Below are positions 24,341 to 37,700 of a DNA stretch of 64,000 nt, piece by piece. Positions within the stretch are counted from its first letter, which is position 1; each line of letters starts with the position of its first letter. The stretch lies in NCBI RefSeq assembly GCF_902652985.1, contig NC_047020.1, forward strand, positions 40,176,001-40,240,000. The letters are read 5' to 3'. The stretch is from Pecten maximus. Its lineage: Eukaryota. Below the pieces are notes generated by a model, which saw nothing but the letters and a program-made list of their open reading frames with translations, was not told the DNA's origin and ran no database searches. Position numbers and translations under genes: made by a program.

Positions 24341-24817
24341 TATTCGCGCAGCACAAGTGAAAATATATTTGGTATTACTGAAGATACTGTTAGATATTCT
24401 GTTTATTACATTTATATATAGCAAAATATTCCAGGTCAGTTTTTAATTTTCTTCAATGTCGTTTTAAGCAGTATTTTGATTGGTAAAATTATAAAAAAAA
24501 ATGTGATGTTTTTCGCTAGTGAAGAATATCGGAAAAATTGAAAACACGCAAGCTATTCTCAACAGTTTTTTTCTAGATCTTTTACGAAGTACCCCAATAT
24601 TAATACGTATTTATTATAGACCTAAATCGTAATATTATCCAAGTCATAAACAATATTTAGTGTGTCGAATATTAGCGACAGTTCAATTCCCGTCATTTTT
24701 GCTTTTATATATCTTACGATATCATGCACCTATAAAGTACTATTCTGGTCAATTTAACAGAAGTAGCATGATCTGTTGTATCTTGACTAACAATGGGACT
24801 TGTTGACACGTTATTTG

Positions 24818-25003
24818 TTTATCACTATCCGTCCACCTCTGGGTGGCGAGTTCGAAACCTACGTGGGGCAGTTGCCGGGTACTGACCGTAGGCCGGTGGT
24901 TTTTCTCCGGGTACTCTGGCTTTCCTGCTACTCCTCCAAACCTGGCACGTCCTTAAATGACCATGGCTGTTGATAGGACGTTAAACAAAATAAACCAAAC
25001 CAA
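24818..25003 (+). mobile_element. 5'-truncated copy of the same SINE
   Basis: Near-identical to 25405-25590. Confidence 0.85.
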
Positions 25004-25365
25004 AGTTAAGCTATTTGTGAATTTCGAAGCAAGCGAAAATTTATGTTTCAGGTGGACATAATTAGCTTATTTGTATCCCATATATTGCACAAAATAACTA
25101 TGCCGTTATACCCCAAAGTGCCTATAACACACAATAGGAGCATTGGTTTGACAGGATTTGACTTGATATATGTATAAACACTGATTATATTTTAACCCTG
25201 AAATGCAAATGGCGGTTGTGAATCATATCACACAAATTTGCTTTTATTAGACACTATTAAGAACTATGAATATGAAAAGAAGACTGGTTTTATGAACAAT
25301 TGTTCAACCGCTGATTTTGAGGTAATATATGCAAATATTTTTGAAAAAAGCCCCAAACTCCACAG

Positions 25366-25590
25366 GGGGCCGCGGTGGCCGAGTGGTTAAGGTGTCCCGA
25401 CACTTTATCACTAGCCCTCCACCTCTGGGTTGCAAGTTCGAAACCTACGTGGGGCAGTTACCAGGTACTGACCGTAGGCCGGTGGTTTTTCTCCGTGTAC
25501 TCCAGCTTTCCCCCACCTACAAAACCTGGCACGTCCTTAAATGACCATGGCTGTTAATAGGACGTTAAACAAAAAACAAACAAACCAAAC
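25366..25590 (+). mobile_element. Full-length tRNA-derived SINE with V-domain-like core
   Basis: GGGGCCGCGGTGGCCGAGTGG A box, GTTCGAAACC B box, GGTTTTTCTCCG(G/T)GTACTCC(A/G)GCTTTCC core, (AAAC/AAACC)n tail, and CCACAG repeated on both flanks. Confidence 0.85.
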
Positions 25591-27056
25591 CACAGTTTAA
25601 CTAATTGTCTTGAAATTATCCTTCTTACTTTGATAAGATGTTTAAGATTTTTAATGATTGAAAATCCCCTTTTATGCCATATTAGTGAAACTTTATTCTT
25701 AGCCGCCATTTGCATTTCAAGATCAAAACAAAATAAGTATATATACAATATGAACCTAAAGTCATATCCGGTCCATCAAATGCTCTTATTTTGTGCTATC
25801 CACACATGTGAGCATAATAGCATGCTTATTTTCAAGTTTGTCCATACTGCATTTTACCACAAAGTAACTCCACAGAAAAAAACTGTCGACATTTACAGCA
25901 AATTATTAATTATTTTGAGAAACTACGTGTCTAGTCCAACGTTTTGGTATATTACACATGACTGACTTTGTGCAAATTTGTAAGCATTTATTCGCTTTTA
26001 AAATTCAACATCATTCTCCTATACAGACGACCCTTAAATTGAACCCATTGACTGTGCTCTCTTGTATGAATTTGCATTTCAAACTGAGGTCACTCTTAAC
26101 ATATTTTCATCGTCCTCTCTCGACCATCTTCGTTAATTATCGAGTACATATAGTTCTGATACCTTAAATTCTTACCACTATTATCTATTGTTACGCTATT
26201 TAGTATTGTTTTCATTGTTGCGACTTTGTGACCTTACAACAACAATGGTCATAGAAGGACGGACTCCCATATATGCGAGAAGCATGCATGTGGCGAGTGC
26301 TAGTGTGTTTTGAACGGCTGACGTAAGCTCGTGTTTGTCTCCTTTTGCTAACGCGAAACTGATCCCGACTTTATAGTGCTACTTCACTGAAGTGTACTGC
26401 CGAATACACCCAGCAGGACATACTATACCGACAACGGAGAAACCATTCGCCCCGCTCCCGAAAATACTGAGCGGTAAGCAGGAGTAGTAAGTAGCAACTA
26501 CCATTTTATAGACTCTGGCATGTGTCGAAAAGGGGACAGAGCCCTAAGCTTTCCTCAAAAGGATGAACGCTCAACTAAAGGCTAAAGTGAGACAGCGCCA
26601 GGTGAGCAATTAGGAAGAATAAAGTTGCAAGAAAGAAGAGAAAAGATAGGATCACAACTTTGGTCGCCTGTTACGATCATGTAGTGGGGTCAACAGGTAC
26701 AATTGTTACAATTTTTCATAAATGTGAATGTGATATTCACATTTTATGACATAGTCCTGCTATCAAGTTAATTTCATTAGTTTAATGGTATACCCTGGAG
26801 CGTTTTTCATTTGCTGTACCAGTCAGAAATCCACTGTGACGTCATAATATAGACAATGGCGTGACGTCATAAATCGTAAATAGCAACAAAACAGTCGTCT
26901 CCGTTTGATGAAGCACTCCATATTTTGACGATAAACCCTGTAAAAATGAACTTTTCTGTATGTGATAAAAAGTATCTTAAGTTGTCGCCTCATTTGATTT
27001 TTAATTAGTACCTTTAAATATCAATATGTGAATATATACATTATATGACAATTAGT

Positions 27057-27770
27057 TTAGAACTCGTCAGTGATGCTAGGGACATCAGACAGCTGTAACG
27101 TCCATCTAGAACTCATCAGTAATGCTAGGACATCATACAGCTGCAGCGTCCTTCTAAAACTCGTCAGTGACGATAGGAACATCACCCAGTTATTTCGTCC
27201 TTCTAGGACTTGTCAGTGACGCTAGGGGCATCATACAGCTGTTTTGTACGTTTAGGACTCGTTAGGGATGTTAGGGACATCATACAGCTGTTTCATCCTT
27301 ATAAAACTCGCCAGTAACGCTAAAGACATCATACAGCTGTTTCATTCTTCTAGGACTCGTCAGTGATATAAGGGGCATCATACAGCTGTTTCGTCCTTCT
27401 AGGACTCGTCAGTGATAAATTATTAGTGACATCACACAGCTGTGTCGTCCTTTAGGAGCCGTCAGTGATGCTAGGGACATCATACAGCTGTTTCGTCTTT
27501 CTAGGACTCGTCAGTGATGATAGGGACATCATGCAGCTGTTTTGCCCTTTTTAGACTGTTCAATGGTGCTAAGGACATCGTACGGCTGTTTCGTCCTCTT
27601 ATGACTCGTCAGTTATGCTAGATATTTCATACAGCTGTTTTGCTCTTCTAAGACTGTTCAGCGATGCTAGGGACACCAAACAGTTGTTTTGCCCGTCTAC
27701 GACTGTTCAGTGATGCTAGAGACATCATACAACTGACATCATACAGCTGTTTCATCCATCTAAGTCAGTG
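27057..27770 (-). ncRNA. Tandem array of about 14 x 49-bp units, each a minimal type I hammerhead ribozyme motif
   Basis: Minus-strand consensus gcauca-CUGACGA-GUCC(uagaa)GGAC-GAAAC-AGCU-GUA|ugaugu has the complete hammerhead core, stems I and II and a palindromic stem III. The best-preserved units are 27376-27416 and 27478-27519. Confidence 0.85.
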
Positions 27771-28213
27771 ATTCTTTGAAGCAAAAATGAGTTTCAAACA
27801 TTGTAACGTTAATTTAACACCAATTTATATATATGCCTTTACATGTATTCATATCAAATACTTTTGCAACTCTTCTTCAGAGATCGTAAACAAGGCCTCC
27901 ATATAGACAATACACCTAGAGAGGTCATATAGACACATACATATATGTTTGGAGTCAGAGGTGATTTTTACTAACAGAAACCATTTCAGAGGTGTTTTTG
28001 ACTAATAGAGACCGCTTCAGAGATGTCTTTTGATTAACTGAGATCGTGTTAGAGGTGTTTTTGACTAATAGAGACCGCTTCAGAGATGCCTTTTGATTAG
28101 CCGAGACCGTAGTTTTAGTGGTGTTCTTTATTTCGAATTAACAAGTGTTCTTTATTCAGTGACAAAGTCGGCTTGAGGAGAAAATGTATTAATTTTGTCC
28201 ATCATTATTACAG

Positions 28214-31200
28214 ATGGAAATGGAAACCTATGCCTCTCTGAACAATGGACATCGAATTCCCCTTGTAGCCCTAGGAACATCGCGGGTACGTATGATTGTT
28301 ATGGCAATAGGACAATAGCACGTGCAACTATATATAGACATGGATTTTATATGGGTCAAAAAAGTCAGATAAACGGTAATTATCCGGATAACAGTAGGTC
28401 CTTGCAAACGTATGCCAGCAGGATATGAATTTCTTGAAATGTTAAGGTGAGGTAAAGAAGTACAGTCAAACCTGCCTTAGCGACCATTTCTTGACTCCCT
28501 TGGAAGGTCACATATGACAGGTTTGACTGTAATTCCAACTGTGTGGACAATGAACAATGTCACTCTTTCGAGGCCATCCGCCCCTTTATCAAGACACAAA
28601 GAATACAATCACATGGTATATAAACATTCATATATATATTGCATATTTGTCATGTGACAATGTTTCAGGGGGAGTCGCGCATATTTTTTGTTTTATATTT
28701 CTAATTATATTATGCAAGACTTCCCAGATTCATGTATCATAAAGACACGACATGTGCAGTTACAGGTAGCGTTCATTTAAATTCACTTGTTGAAGTGCTT
28801 TAGGTTTTCCGGTGTCATTGTGTGGTTTCTCATACTCTGTAATGATTACGTATGCACATGTTGAAAAACAGTTTCTAAATGCACTACCACTAGCTGAACA
28901 TTTAATGTGCACTGTATGTATGCCTTCTATTTGAACGCATCAGAAGATCTTTTTTAAAGTATGACCATATGAATGTAGTGTTGTAAAGTTAAGAAATGAT
29001 TAACTATCGTGAATGTTTCTGTGAAATATACCGAAATTGTTTGCAATTGTTAAGTAAACTTGTTTAAATCAAACGATTACCGATTGGATGATGTAAATAT
29101 TTTTCTCTAACGATTCTGATCAATTCAAGATGTAACAAGTCATTTGATTGGTTGATCCTATTATTGCGCGGCGGTGAACATTGCATTTATCAGTATATAT
29201 GTATCGACCAATCAGAAAAAGACAAAATTCTCAGCGATTATACTGCATCTCCATATCAGTTATAACGCTTAAAGATATTGTTTGCTGCATTTTACATTCA
29301 TAACAAATGTGATAAAAATTATTTATTAATCTACAGATTCCAGAAGAAAAAACGGAAGCATGTATAAAGCTGGCACTAGAAATGAGTTATCGCCACATTG
29401 ATACTGCATTTCACTATGGAAACGAGGTCGCCATAGGAAAATCGCTTAAAGAGTATTTAGAAAGCACTGGTGTGAAGCGAGAGGATGTCTTCATAACCAC
29501 TAAAGTATGGGTTGTCATTAATATCTTGGATCACCATAATATTAAGTTTAGATTTTTAAATTATAATTATTCCAGATTATTAATACTGACAGATATTATG
29601 ATTTCAATTATATTCAAAATCCTCTTATGAATATTTAATCTGCACTGTTCCAAATCAGTGAGAACGGCTACTTTTACATCCGCCGAAATTTATTCAACAA
29701 AAGTGAAAAGCACTATGAATTACATCCGCCAAAATTTCGTTAACAAAATTTTAGTGAAAGCACTGTAAATTAAATCCTCCAAAATTTCTTACAACGTCTA
29801 AAAATTGTTCCTTGTTGCAGCTGGATGCTATGTTCATGGAAGAAGATACTGTAGTACCAGCAATAGACGAAAGCTTGAGGAGGTTGAACCTGGAGTATGT
29901 CGATCTCTTCCTTATACACGGCCCATGTGCGATGAAGGTAAGGCATTGGAGAATATCAGAGGTTCAGTTCACTTTGAATACAATTTGCACAAATTAATGG
30001 AAACATATGTTGACTAGCTACATTTACTTAATATGGAAGTTTACTGTGGTAAATGCGTATTGCTTAATCTTTATTTAACACTTTATCACTATGATATTAA
30101 AAAAATAAAAGAAGTACTCTGATGCACATCGTAGGAACAGCGGTCAGCTTAACAGAGCAGCCAATTTCAAATAAATCGGGAAAATTGAATACATACAGTA
30201 AACAAAATAGTTCGGAAAGAAAACAATGCAATCAATATGTTAAAGATATTCGTTAGAATATTTAGACATTGCTGTTTATTTTTTTTGAATTATCAATTCA
30301 TCATTAATGTATTTTTTCTTTGATCGTATTGTATAAAATCATAATTTTACCACCGCGTATTTATTCTATGAAAAAGTGGGTAACGAGGCCATCCGATGTC
30401 GATGCGCAAGCCTAATCACAGTACGTAAAATTGATAGCATTGGGCCTGATCAGCTTCATCTAGTGGAAATGCAATTCAAGTGTAAATAGCGTTTTGGTGC
30501 CGTATCGATAGTTCGAGGCCCCGTCAACGATGGATATGTTCACATATAAAAATTACCCTATTTTCTCGCCTTTGTCACGTGTTTTTCCTCCTGTATGATA
30601 TTTGAAGAATAAAGAAAACTTGTAAAAGTCTGAAGTATTACTGGTATTTTTTCTTCGTTTGACAGACTCTGGATTATTTTCCTGAAAAAGCCCCGCTGAC
30701 CACGGAGTATATGCCGATTGATCTGAGAGAAACTTGGAAGGTACCATTTCTAGATCCGTTGACTTTTCTCCACATTGTACATGTAATTCAAACATAGCAG
30801 TGTCAATGATTACAAATAGTTAAAAGACAGACCGAAACAACATGTGATGCTTTTTACGACAAAATCATATAAGGGAATTGCGTTGTTTGTATGCATGTTT
30901 GTTATTTCATTGTCAAGATGTACAGAGCAAATCATTGCCACTCATAGTCATTGGAAATGAGCTATAACATGCTCTGTACTTCAAGTGTTATCAACTTGGT
31001 TATAATTGGCATACAAACTTGACGATTGGTCTGACTATTGTTCACCACAACAAAGTATTTTTAATTAAGATATANNNNNNNNNNNNNNNNNNNNNNNNNN
31101 NNNNNNNNNNNNNNNNNNNNNNNNNNNNNNNNNNNNNNNNNNNNNNNNNNNNNNNNNNNNNNNNNNNNNNNNNNNNNNNNNNNNNNNNNNNNNNNNNNNN

Positions 31201-34200
31201 NNNNNNNNNNNNNNNNNNNNNNNNNNNNNNNNNNNNNNNNNNNNNNNNNNNNNNNNNNNNNNNNNNNNCATTTTGAGGTTGATCGCAAAATTAAGGTATG
31301 AACTTAATTTTGATATTTTTGAATTAAGGGAATGGAAGAAACTGTATATAAAGGAAAGGCTAGATCAATTGGCGTGTCGAACTTCAATTCCAAACAGTTG
31401 GAATACATTTGTGAGACAGCACGTATTCGACCAGCCGTCAATCAGGTAGTAATATTGATAAGACAAGACAACAAAGTCATTTTTTCGTTATGTATTTCTT
31501 TTCGTTTTCATTGAGAAGTGAAACCATTCCTCTAAATCGTTATAAAATTTATTATACATATTTTGGCCAATTCTAATTCCACTCTTTTCGTCTTTAGCAT
31601 CACTGACGAGTCCTTAAATGATGAAACAGCTGTATGATGAAGATTTATCCCTATCAATACACTTATAGTGCATATATATTACAAAATTCATATTGAAAGA
31701 TGCTCTTCACGTTTCTGTTCTAATAATTATTTTCTTTTAATTAAGTTATACCTTTAATTAAAAAGGATCACCTATGACGTTTATTGGTTAAGTTCAATTG
31801 AAATGTTTGACCATATATACTATACGTAATTTTATATATCTTAGAAAAGGACAATGTCGCTGTAGGTCCCAAATGTTGTATTGTACACTCAAATACACAT
31901 TCGATTGATTTTCAGGTTGAAGTTCACGCTAGATTTCCGCAGAAGAAACTCCATGACTTTTGTAAATCTAAGAATATTCAACTTGAAGCATATAGTCCTT
32001 TAGGTTCACCGTATTTCAAAGGACCGGATGCACTCAAGTAACTATCATCAACATGTTACACAATATTCTATTGTTTATCTCGATGGGTTATATAGACGTA
32101 GATAATATCTATATTTATCATGTACTTATTTATACTGTATCGTGTGATGTGTTGGCTCGTGGGGAATGTAAATATATTTACAACGATACTATTCTTACAC
32201 TTAATTACAGAGTCGGATTCCTGACTATCCGGAATCGAGTATAAACTAATACACAAATGAAATATTTCCTAAATTATACGGTCATATACGGTACAATACG
32301 CATAATATGTATGCTTCTCACACTGACATGTCCTCTATGATACAAAAGGGCGGTCAGACCAGGCGTCCCGGTAGGGTAAGTGTCCTCTGCGACATCGACG
32401 AATGTTATGCAAAGTCTTCAAAGTGAGAACCAGGGTTGTGACAATCGAACTACCAGGCATGTCAACAAACATCTAATACATCTAACTTGATATCACAAAC
32501 GGATATAACATATGTCCTATGATATCACGATGTCAACAATAAAACTTCCCCATAGAAACGTAATTCATACTGTACCCGCTTTCCGGAACACTCCTAGACC
32601 TGTACAAAAAAGAAATAAATCACGTTAAAGGCAAGGTTACGATTGATGTTTTTCATCTCTTTCGTCTCAGGTTTGTCTTGATATGGGGACAATTAGGCCA
32701 TAAACGGTGTTATCTTTAAATAGTGTTATGCAGGTTGTGAGATGTAAATGTGGCCATACTAAAGGTTATGACGCTGATGGAAATGTGGTGATGGAGTTTT
32801 AGTTTCATCATATATTGATTAAAAAGTAAAAGTGTGTTTTATGTCTTTTTAGCCGCGTGAAAGCCTCTGATAATTTGGTGGATCATCCTGTTATCGTCAG
32901 CATCGCCGAGAAGTACAATCGTACTGCAGGACAAGTGAGTATTAAACACACAGGGATCAAAGAAAAGCACCATGTTGCAGCTGCATTCAATGAAACGGGT
33001 GTTCATAATCGTGTCATCACGTGACGTGACGGAAACTCCCGAATGATTTCCGGGGTGCCGTTTGTCGCGCGACGTAATCGGTAACGACAAAAATACACAC
33101 TGTGCCAACATAAATCAATAATCAACCATTTTTAATGTTCATGAACAAATTAACTTTCAATAGAACTTGAGTTGTTGAACTGAAAGTAAATTAAATTTGA
33201 AATATAAATGTAATTCAGTTGCCGGCATATATGATGACAGTTTTAGGATATCGCATTCGTAGACAGCTTGTTTGCTTGCATATCACTAAAATATATACTA
33301 TTAGAGGTATATATTTTATTTATTTATTATACATTAATTTCAACATATTTTTGAGTAGAATATTTGAAAAACAAAACCAATTAGCCATATAAGCTTTTCA
33401 TTTATAGTACATATGTTTCATCTTAAAACTTTGTTTTCATAATTTTGATTTTCGTTTTAGGTTCTTCTACGGAACCTTGTCCAAAGAGGTATAGTTGTGA
33501 CCCCAAAGTCTGAAAATCCGAAGAGGTTGAAAGAAAATATTGAGGTAACAGACATTCAAACATTCAGGGATTTAGAAGTAAATGATGGGTGTGGACCATT
33601 GACCTTAACTAATTGTTTTCTGGCGTGTGCAATTTCTTGTTATTCTCTCGACATTTTGTCTTATGTCTATTTATGGATTATACAGCAATTACAAGTACAG
33701 ATTGATGTAATATGTTCTTTATGTAACATTAAGTTATTTTTTTTCCAGATTTTCTCATTCTCTCTGGACGAGGAAGATATGAAAAAGATAGATGGACTAG
33801 ACAATGGAATTCGTCGCTTCTGTCTGTCATAGTAAGATATCCATCCATTCAAGTACAATGTATATTGCATGTCTAAATATTTATGATGTATTGCTTGTCT
33901 TTGGTGGGTTTTTATGTATTGTATGTCTTGTGTAAATGATTTTTAAAATTAATAAAATAAAATAATATTAAAAAGAAAAGATATCCATCATCGAATTAGA
34001 GGATTTAAGAGCAAACCTAACATACCTATACTTATAGGGACCACGGAACCAAATGATTTCCCATAGACGGTAATGTTAACGTTTATCACTGTACTGCTTA
34101 AATGGAGTTTTCAACACTGGTCTAGTAGCAATAATTTTAAAGTATGTCATCTCGGAAACCTCTAAATGGAATTATAAAAAAATCTACCAATTTGAACTTT

Positions 34201-34756
34201 TTTAATATGGGGGCCGCCATCTTGTATTGAAATCAGCACCAAAAATTCATCTAAATTAACAACAAAATACGCACTTACTTACCTCCCCCTGACAAAAACA
34301 GGCTAGCAAAAAAATAACTGTTTTTCTATATATTTTACATCTATATGTATTGCCCGACCCACATATTAAAACTTTGGAACTTCTCTCACCTTAATATCCA
34401 ATCAGTAGGCCCCGATGTATTCACCTTCCTTTTAAATCTTCTGCCCAAACGGGGAAAACCCACATTCTATTTTTGATTTGGTTCTGTGGTCCCTATACAC
34501 AAAGGTCAGATGCACTGTTCGAATATATATTCATCCTCATGTCGACAGGGTTCACAAGGGGAATATATGTATATCTAGTGAATATATTCGTTTGTGAATC
34601 CCACGGCTAGGACAACAATAAAATAAAAAGGGGAGTGGCGTTACCGGTTCATTATAAATATAAAGAACAAAATATTCTTATTCTTCTACATAATTATGTA
34701 TTCTTATTATTTGCAGCTACGACGGACACCCTGACCATCCTTTTGAACAATTGTGA
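28214..34756 (+). CDS. Aldo-keto reductase family 1-like protein, 10 coding exons, 319 aa
   Basis: Exons 28214-28285, 29337-29504, 29821-29937, 30666-30740, 31329-31445, 31916-32037, 32853-32934, 33461-33544, 33749-33831, 34717-34756, phase-consistent (960 nt). Motifs [75 protein letters not shown] and HPDHPF. The ATG directly follows an acceptor, so an upstream exon exists. Confidence 0.93.
28463..28529. mobile_element. 67-bp minimal MITE (same TIR begins a longer relic at about 3035)
   Basis: CAGTCAAACCTG...CAGGTTTGACTG with TA flanks. Confidence 0.75.
31075..31268. other. Assembly gap (N run), within AKR intron 4
   Basis: Run of n. Confidence 1.
31598..31639 (+). ncRNA. Solitary minimal type I hammerhead ribozyme motif in AKR intron 5
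   Basis: catca-CTGACGA-GTC(cttaaat)GAT-GAAAC-AGCT-GTA|tgatg. Same family as the 27 kb array, in the opposite orientation. Confidence 0.75.
34037..34493. mobile_element. MITE in AKR intron 9
   Basis: TIRs GGGACCACGGAACCAAAT...ATTTGGTTCTGTGGTCCC with TA flanks. Confidence 0.8.
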
Positions 34757-37700
34757 AATCAGATGAGTCTTTTCAAAAGTGATAATTCTTAAAGGATTTC
34801 AATGTTCATTAGGTTGAATATGTAATTGATTGTGTTTGTGTCCCCCACACAATTCATTGGCGGAAATTAATGTTTTTCATTCGAATTTTGAATATTTTGT
34901 TTTGTGTAATGATAGTAAAAACTAAATAACCTTGTGATATTAATGGTTTTATGTTTTTGTGTTATTCTTGTTTAATGGCGAAATGCTCTTGTTCAGTAAG
35001 ATGTAAAATAATCTTTGATATGAAGTGATCCCTGATATCGAGTTTGAGGTAACGATTGTCCATTATAGGAGCATGAATTCCTCCTGAAAAATTACAAAAT
35101 CTGGACATTTTGTAGTACTTAGTCCAGTCCTACATCTCGACATATGCATTTATATTTTCATGCAAAATATTTATGAATATAAAGCAGATACAGTAAGATA
35201 AAGCAGGTTGAATATCGGGGAAATGTTTTAACTTAAGTATCCATTTGATAGCAACTCCCTGACCTGATGTTCTAGCCTGCATTCCTTCACAGTAGGTGAG
35301 GTCATATAAACGGATAATATTATAGTGTTATCATACAGAAATGATTGCAACGGCAACGCCACACCCGATTATCTAACATTAGCTGCCAACGGACAAACAA
35401 CCCTTACCTTTCAATCTTGTAAACCGGAAAATTATAAGGACTGGTTTGTCTCAGTCTGAAGAGAAGAATATATATCACTTTAAACAATTTAACCAATAAA
35501 AATTGCAACGTTAGGAAGCTAGGAAGAAAAGGGCAGGGGTGAAGTGGTGAGAAACAAAGACCTCAAATCACTTGTGACCAACTGTATTATACGATTTATA
35601 CGCGTGTTTAAATTGCTAACGATGTTACAAATAAGGTTACACTGTGACGGAGCGTTCACGTGTCTGCATGTGTAATTAGCATAAGTTTAAATGCAAATAC
35701 ATATCATAAGTGCAGATATTGTGCCTGGTGTATAACAAAAAGTAATATTTGAATTCAGGCTTGTTATAAATTGTATGTATTCAAAACAGGCAATATATGT
35801 ATTACATTATAGATGAATATAGCATATTTGGGTTTTTTGTTTTTGTTTATTTGACAAGATGTCATATTTCATCTAATTCGTTTAAAACAGATTTTGCCGT
35901 ATCAGTCCATTTCAATTCCCTCGAAACACATCTTGCTTCTTTTTTCTCTGATCTCATATGAAACAGTGGTATTTAAGTTTTATAAAGAACAGATTGGAAA
36001 TTATTTGTTTTCAAATCAGCTGCAATTTACTACATTGCAAAGGAACTACAAAACACTGCATGATTCTTAAAGTTTCTAAATAAATGTTGGTAATTACATG
36101 TTATCAAACATTTCTGGACAAGGTTCGAAGATAGCTTTTGAGTAAACGTCAACCATCTTATCAAAATTGACTTAAACTTCAGATATGTTTGACTTTTTCT
36201 AAAACTGAATCTCATATCTTAAAAGATACGTTTTCGCTAATATGTCACTCTCCTCTGTTATTTTTCAGTTTTAATACTGGTTTCATTATTATGACGGTAT
36301 TCTTTGATGACCCACTGATTTTGGAATACCAGGCTAATAGCTAAACTGTTTTCGGTCGTGATTTTATTTCACTTTCTAACGCACGTTATTCAATATGTCT
36401 ACAATCTTTTGAGAATTACTATATCCTAATTTTCCAAAAAAGCAGTTTAATGATTAAAAAACGGGTTAAATAAATTCCATATTTATGTAGCCATGCGTTT
36501 AAGTGTGAACATCATCACATAAATCGTGTTTATGATAATCTAAGTAAACACTATCAAATATGTTTCCAATAAAACGAATTTCGACGTTTTGATTTTCTCG
36601 ACATAGGCAATCGTGCGACGTCATATATTTATTGTGATATCAAGAACTTTATGACGTCACAATAGTGTTATTTGACATTATATACCACGATATATGTTAA
36701 GATAGGCCATCCGCTACCGGTCCCTGTGTCAGTGACATATCCTTGTGACATGATAGAACACATCAGTTATGTGATAAATGCTCCTTTTCAAATTAGATCA
36801 TGTTATGTTGAGTAAACAATGAAGAGACACAAGCTTATCAGTGGATGGCAGGTATTTACAAGGTCTTGATGAAAAATCTGGATGTCTGTGCGTCATGACC
36901 GTCCATGACAAACCAACGCCTTTATAAAGACACACCGATGATGATAAGATAACTACGTTGTTGAAAAATATCGCGTTATAAGGATTTGTTGGTTTACGGA
37001 TGCAAGTGATCTGTATATGGCTAATTCTATATCACTACACGAGGTAGCTTGCTAAATATCTAGTCAGCTTTATCATTTATAGATACACAGTAAAAACATG
37101 TGCAGAAGATAGGAAAATTCTGATCTCTACATCCTCATACAGAAAATCCCACTATCCACCATGCCAACTTATGTTTGCCTGATCTATTACGACAACTAAC
37201 AACAGTCTTCAACTTTATCGACGACACATTCTATTCAAATAAATTTATCCCCAAAGTGAGAACAATGACACATCATGTCAAGGAGCATCGAACATATCTG
37301 ACCCCAGATCAACAAAGAAATATAATATCGCTAATGTGATATAATAATATCGCCCATACACCTTTCCCATGAACCTGCATCTGCGTTAAGCTTTCCCCCC
37401 TACAAGTTGTCACCATCTGTCACAGAAATCAGGAAAATGGAAAAACGTCCTCGATTATCGTATAAGCATAGACAAATAACCTTAAATGGTGGAAGCAGAT
37501 ATGTTACTATCTAGAAATGGAAAATTCACCATTGCAACGACCTGGGCATCATTATATTTTAGTTTCTACTTTTATTTCAAATCAAGATGGCCGATACTGA
37601 AATAAGGATATAATGCAGTGATATATAGCGGGTCGTATTCCTCGATTTTTCTACACTTCCACAAATAAAATCGGTACAACAACCACCCTTAACATGCATA

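Noticed and set aside
24110-24400. CTGAAGA motifs as further hammerheads (also 57066, 57299; CTGATGA at 54268)
   Set aside because: No stem II followed by GAAA and a cleavage triplet.
31269-31295. Apparent AKR exon fragment right after the gap (ends AAG then gtatga)
   Set aside because: It would need a 33-nt intron, and the true exon 4 (…IDLRETWK) is at 30666-30740, so the gene is complete without it.
36800-37520. Possible decayed reverse-transcriptase relic (FNFIDD-like codons near 37208)
   Set aside because: No sustained reading frame; cannot be supported without a translated search.
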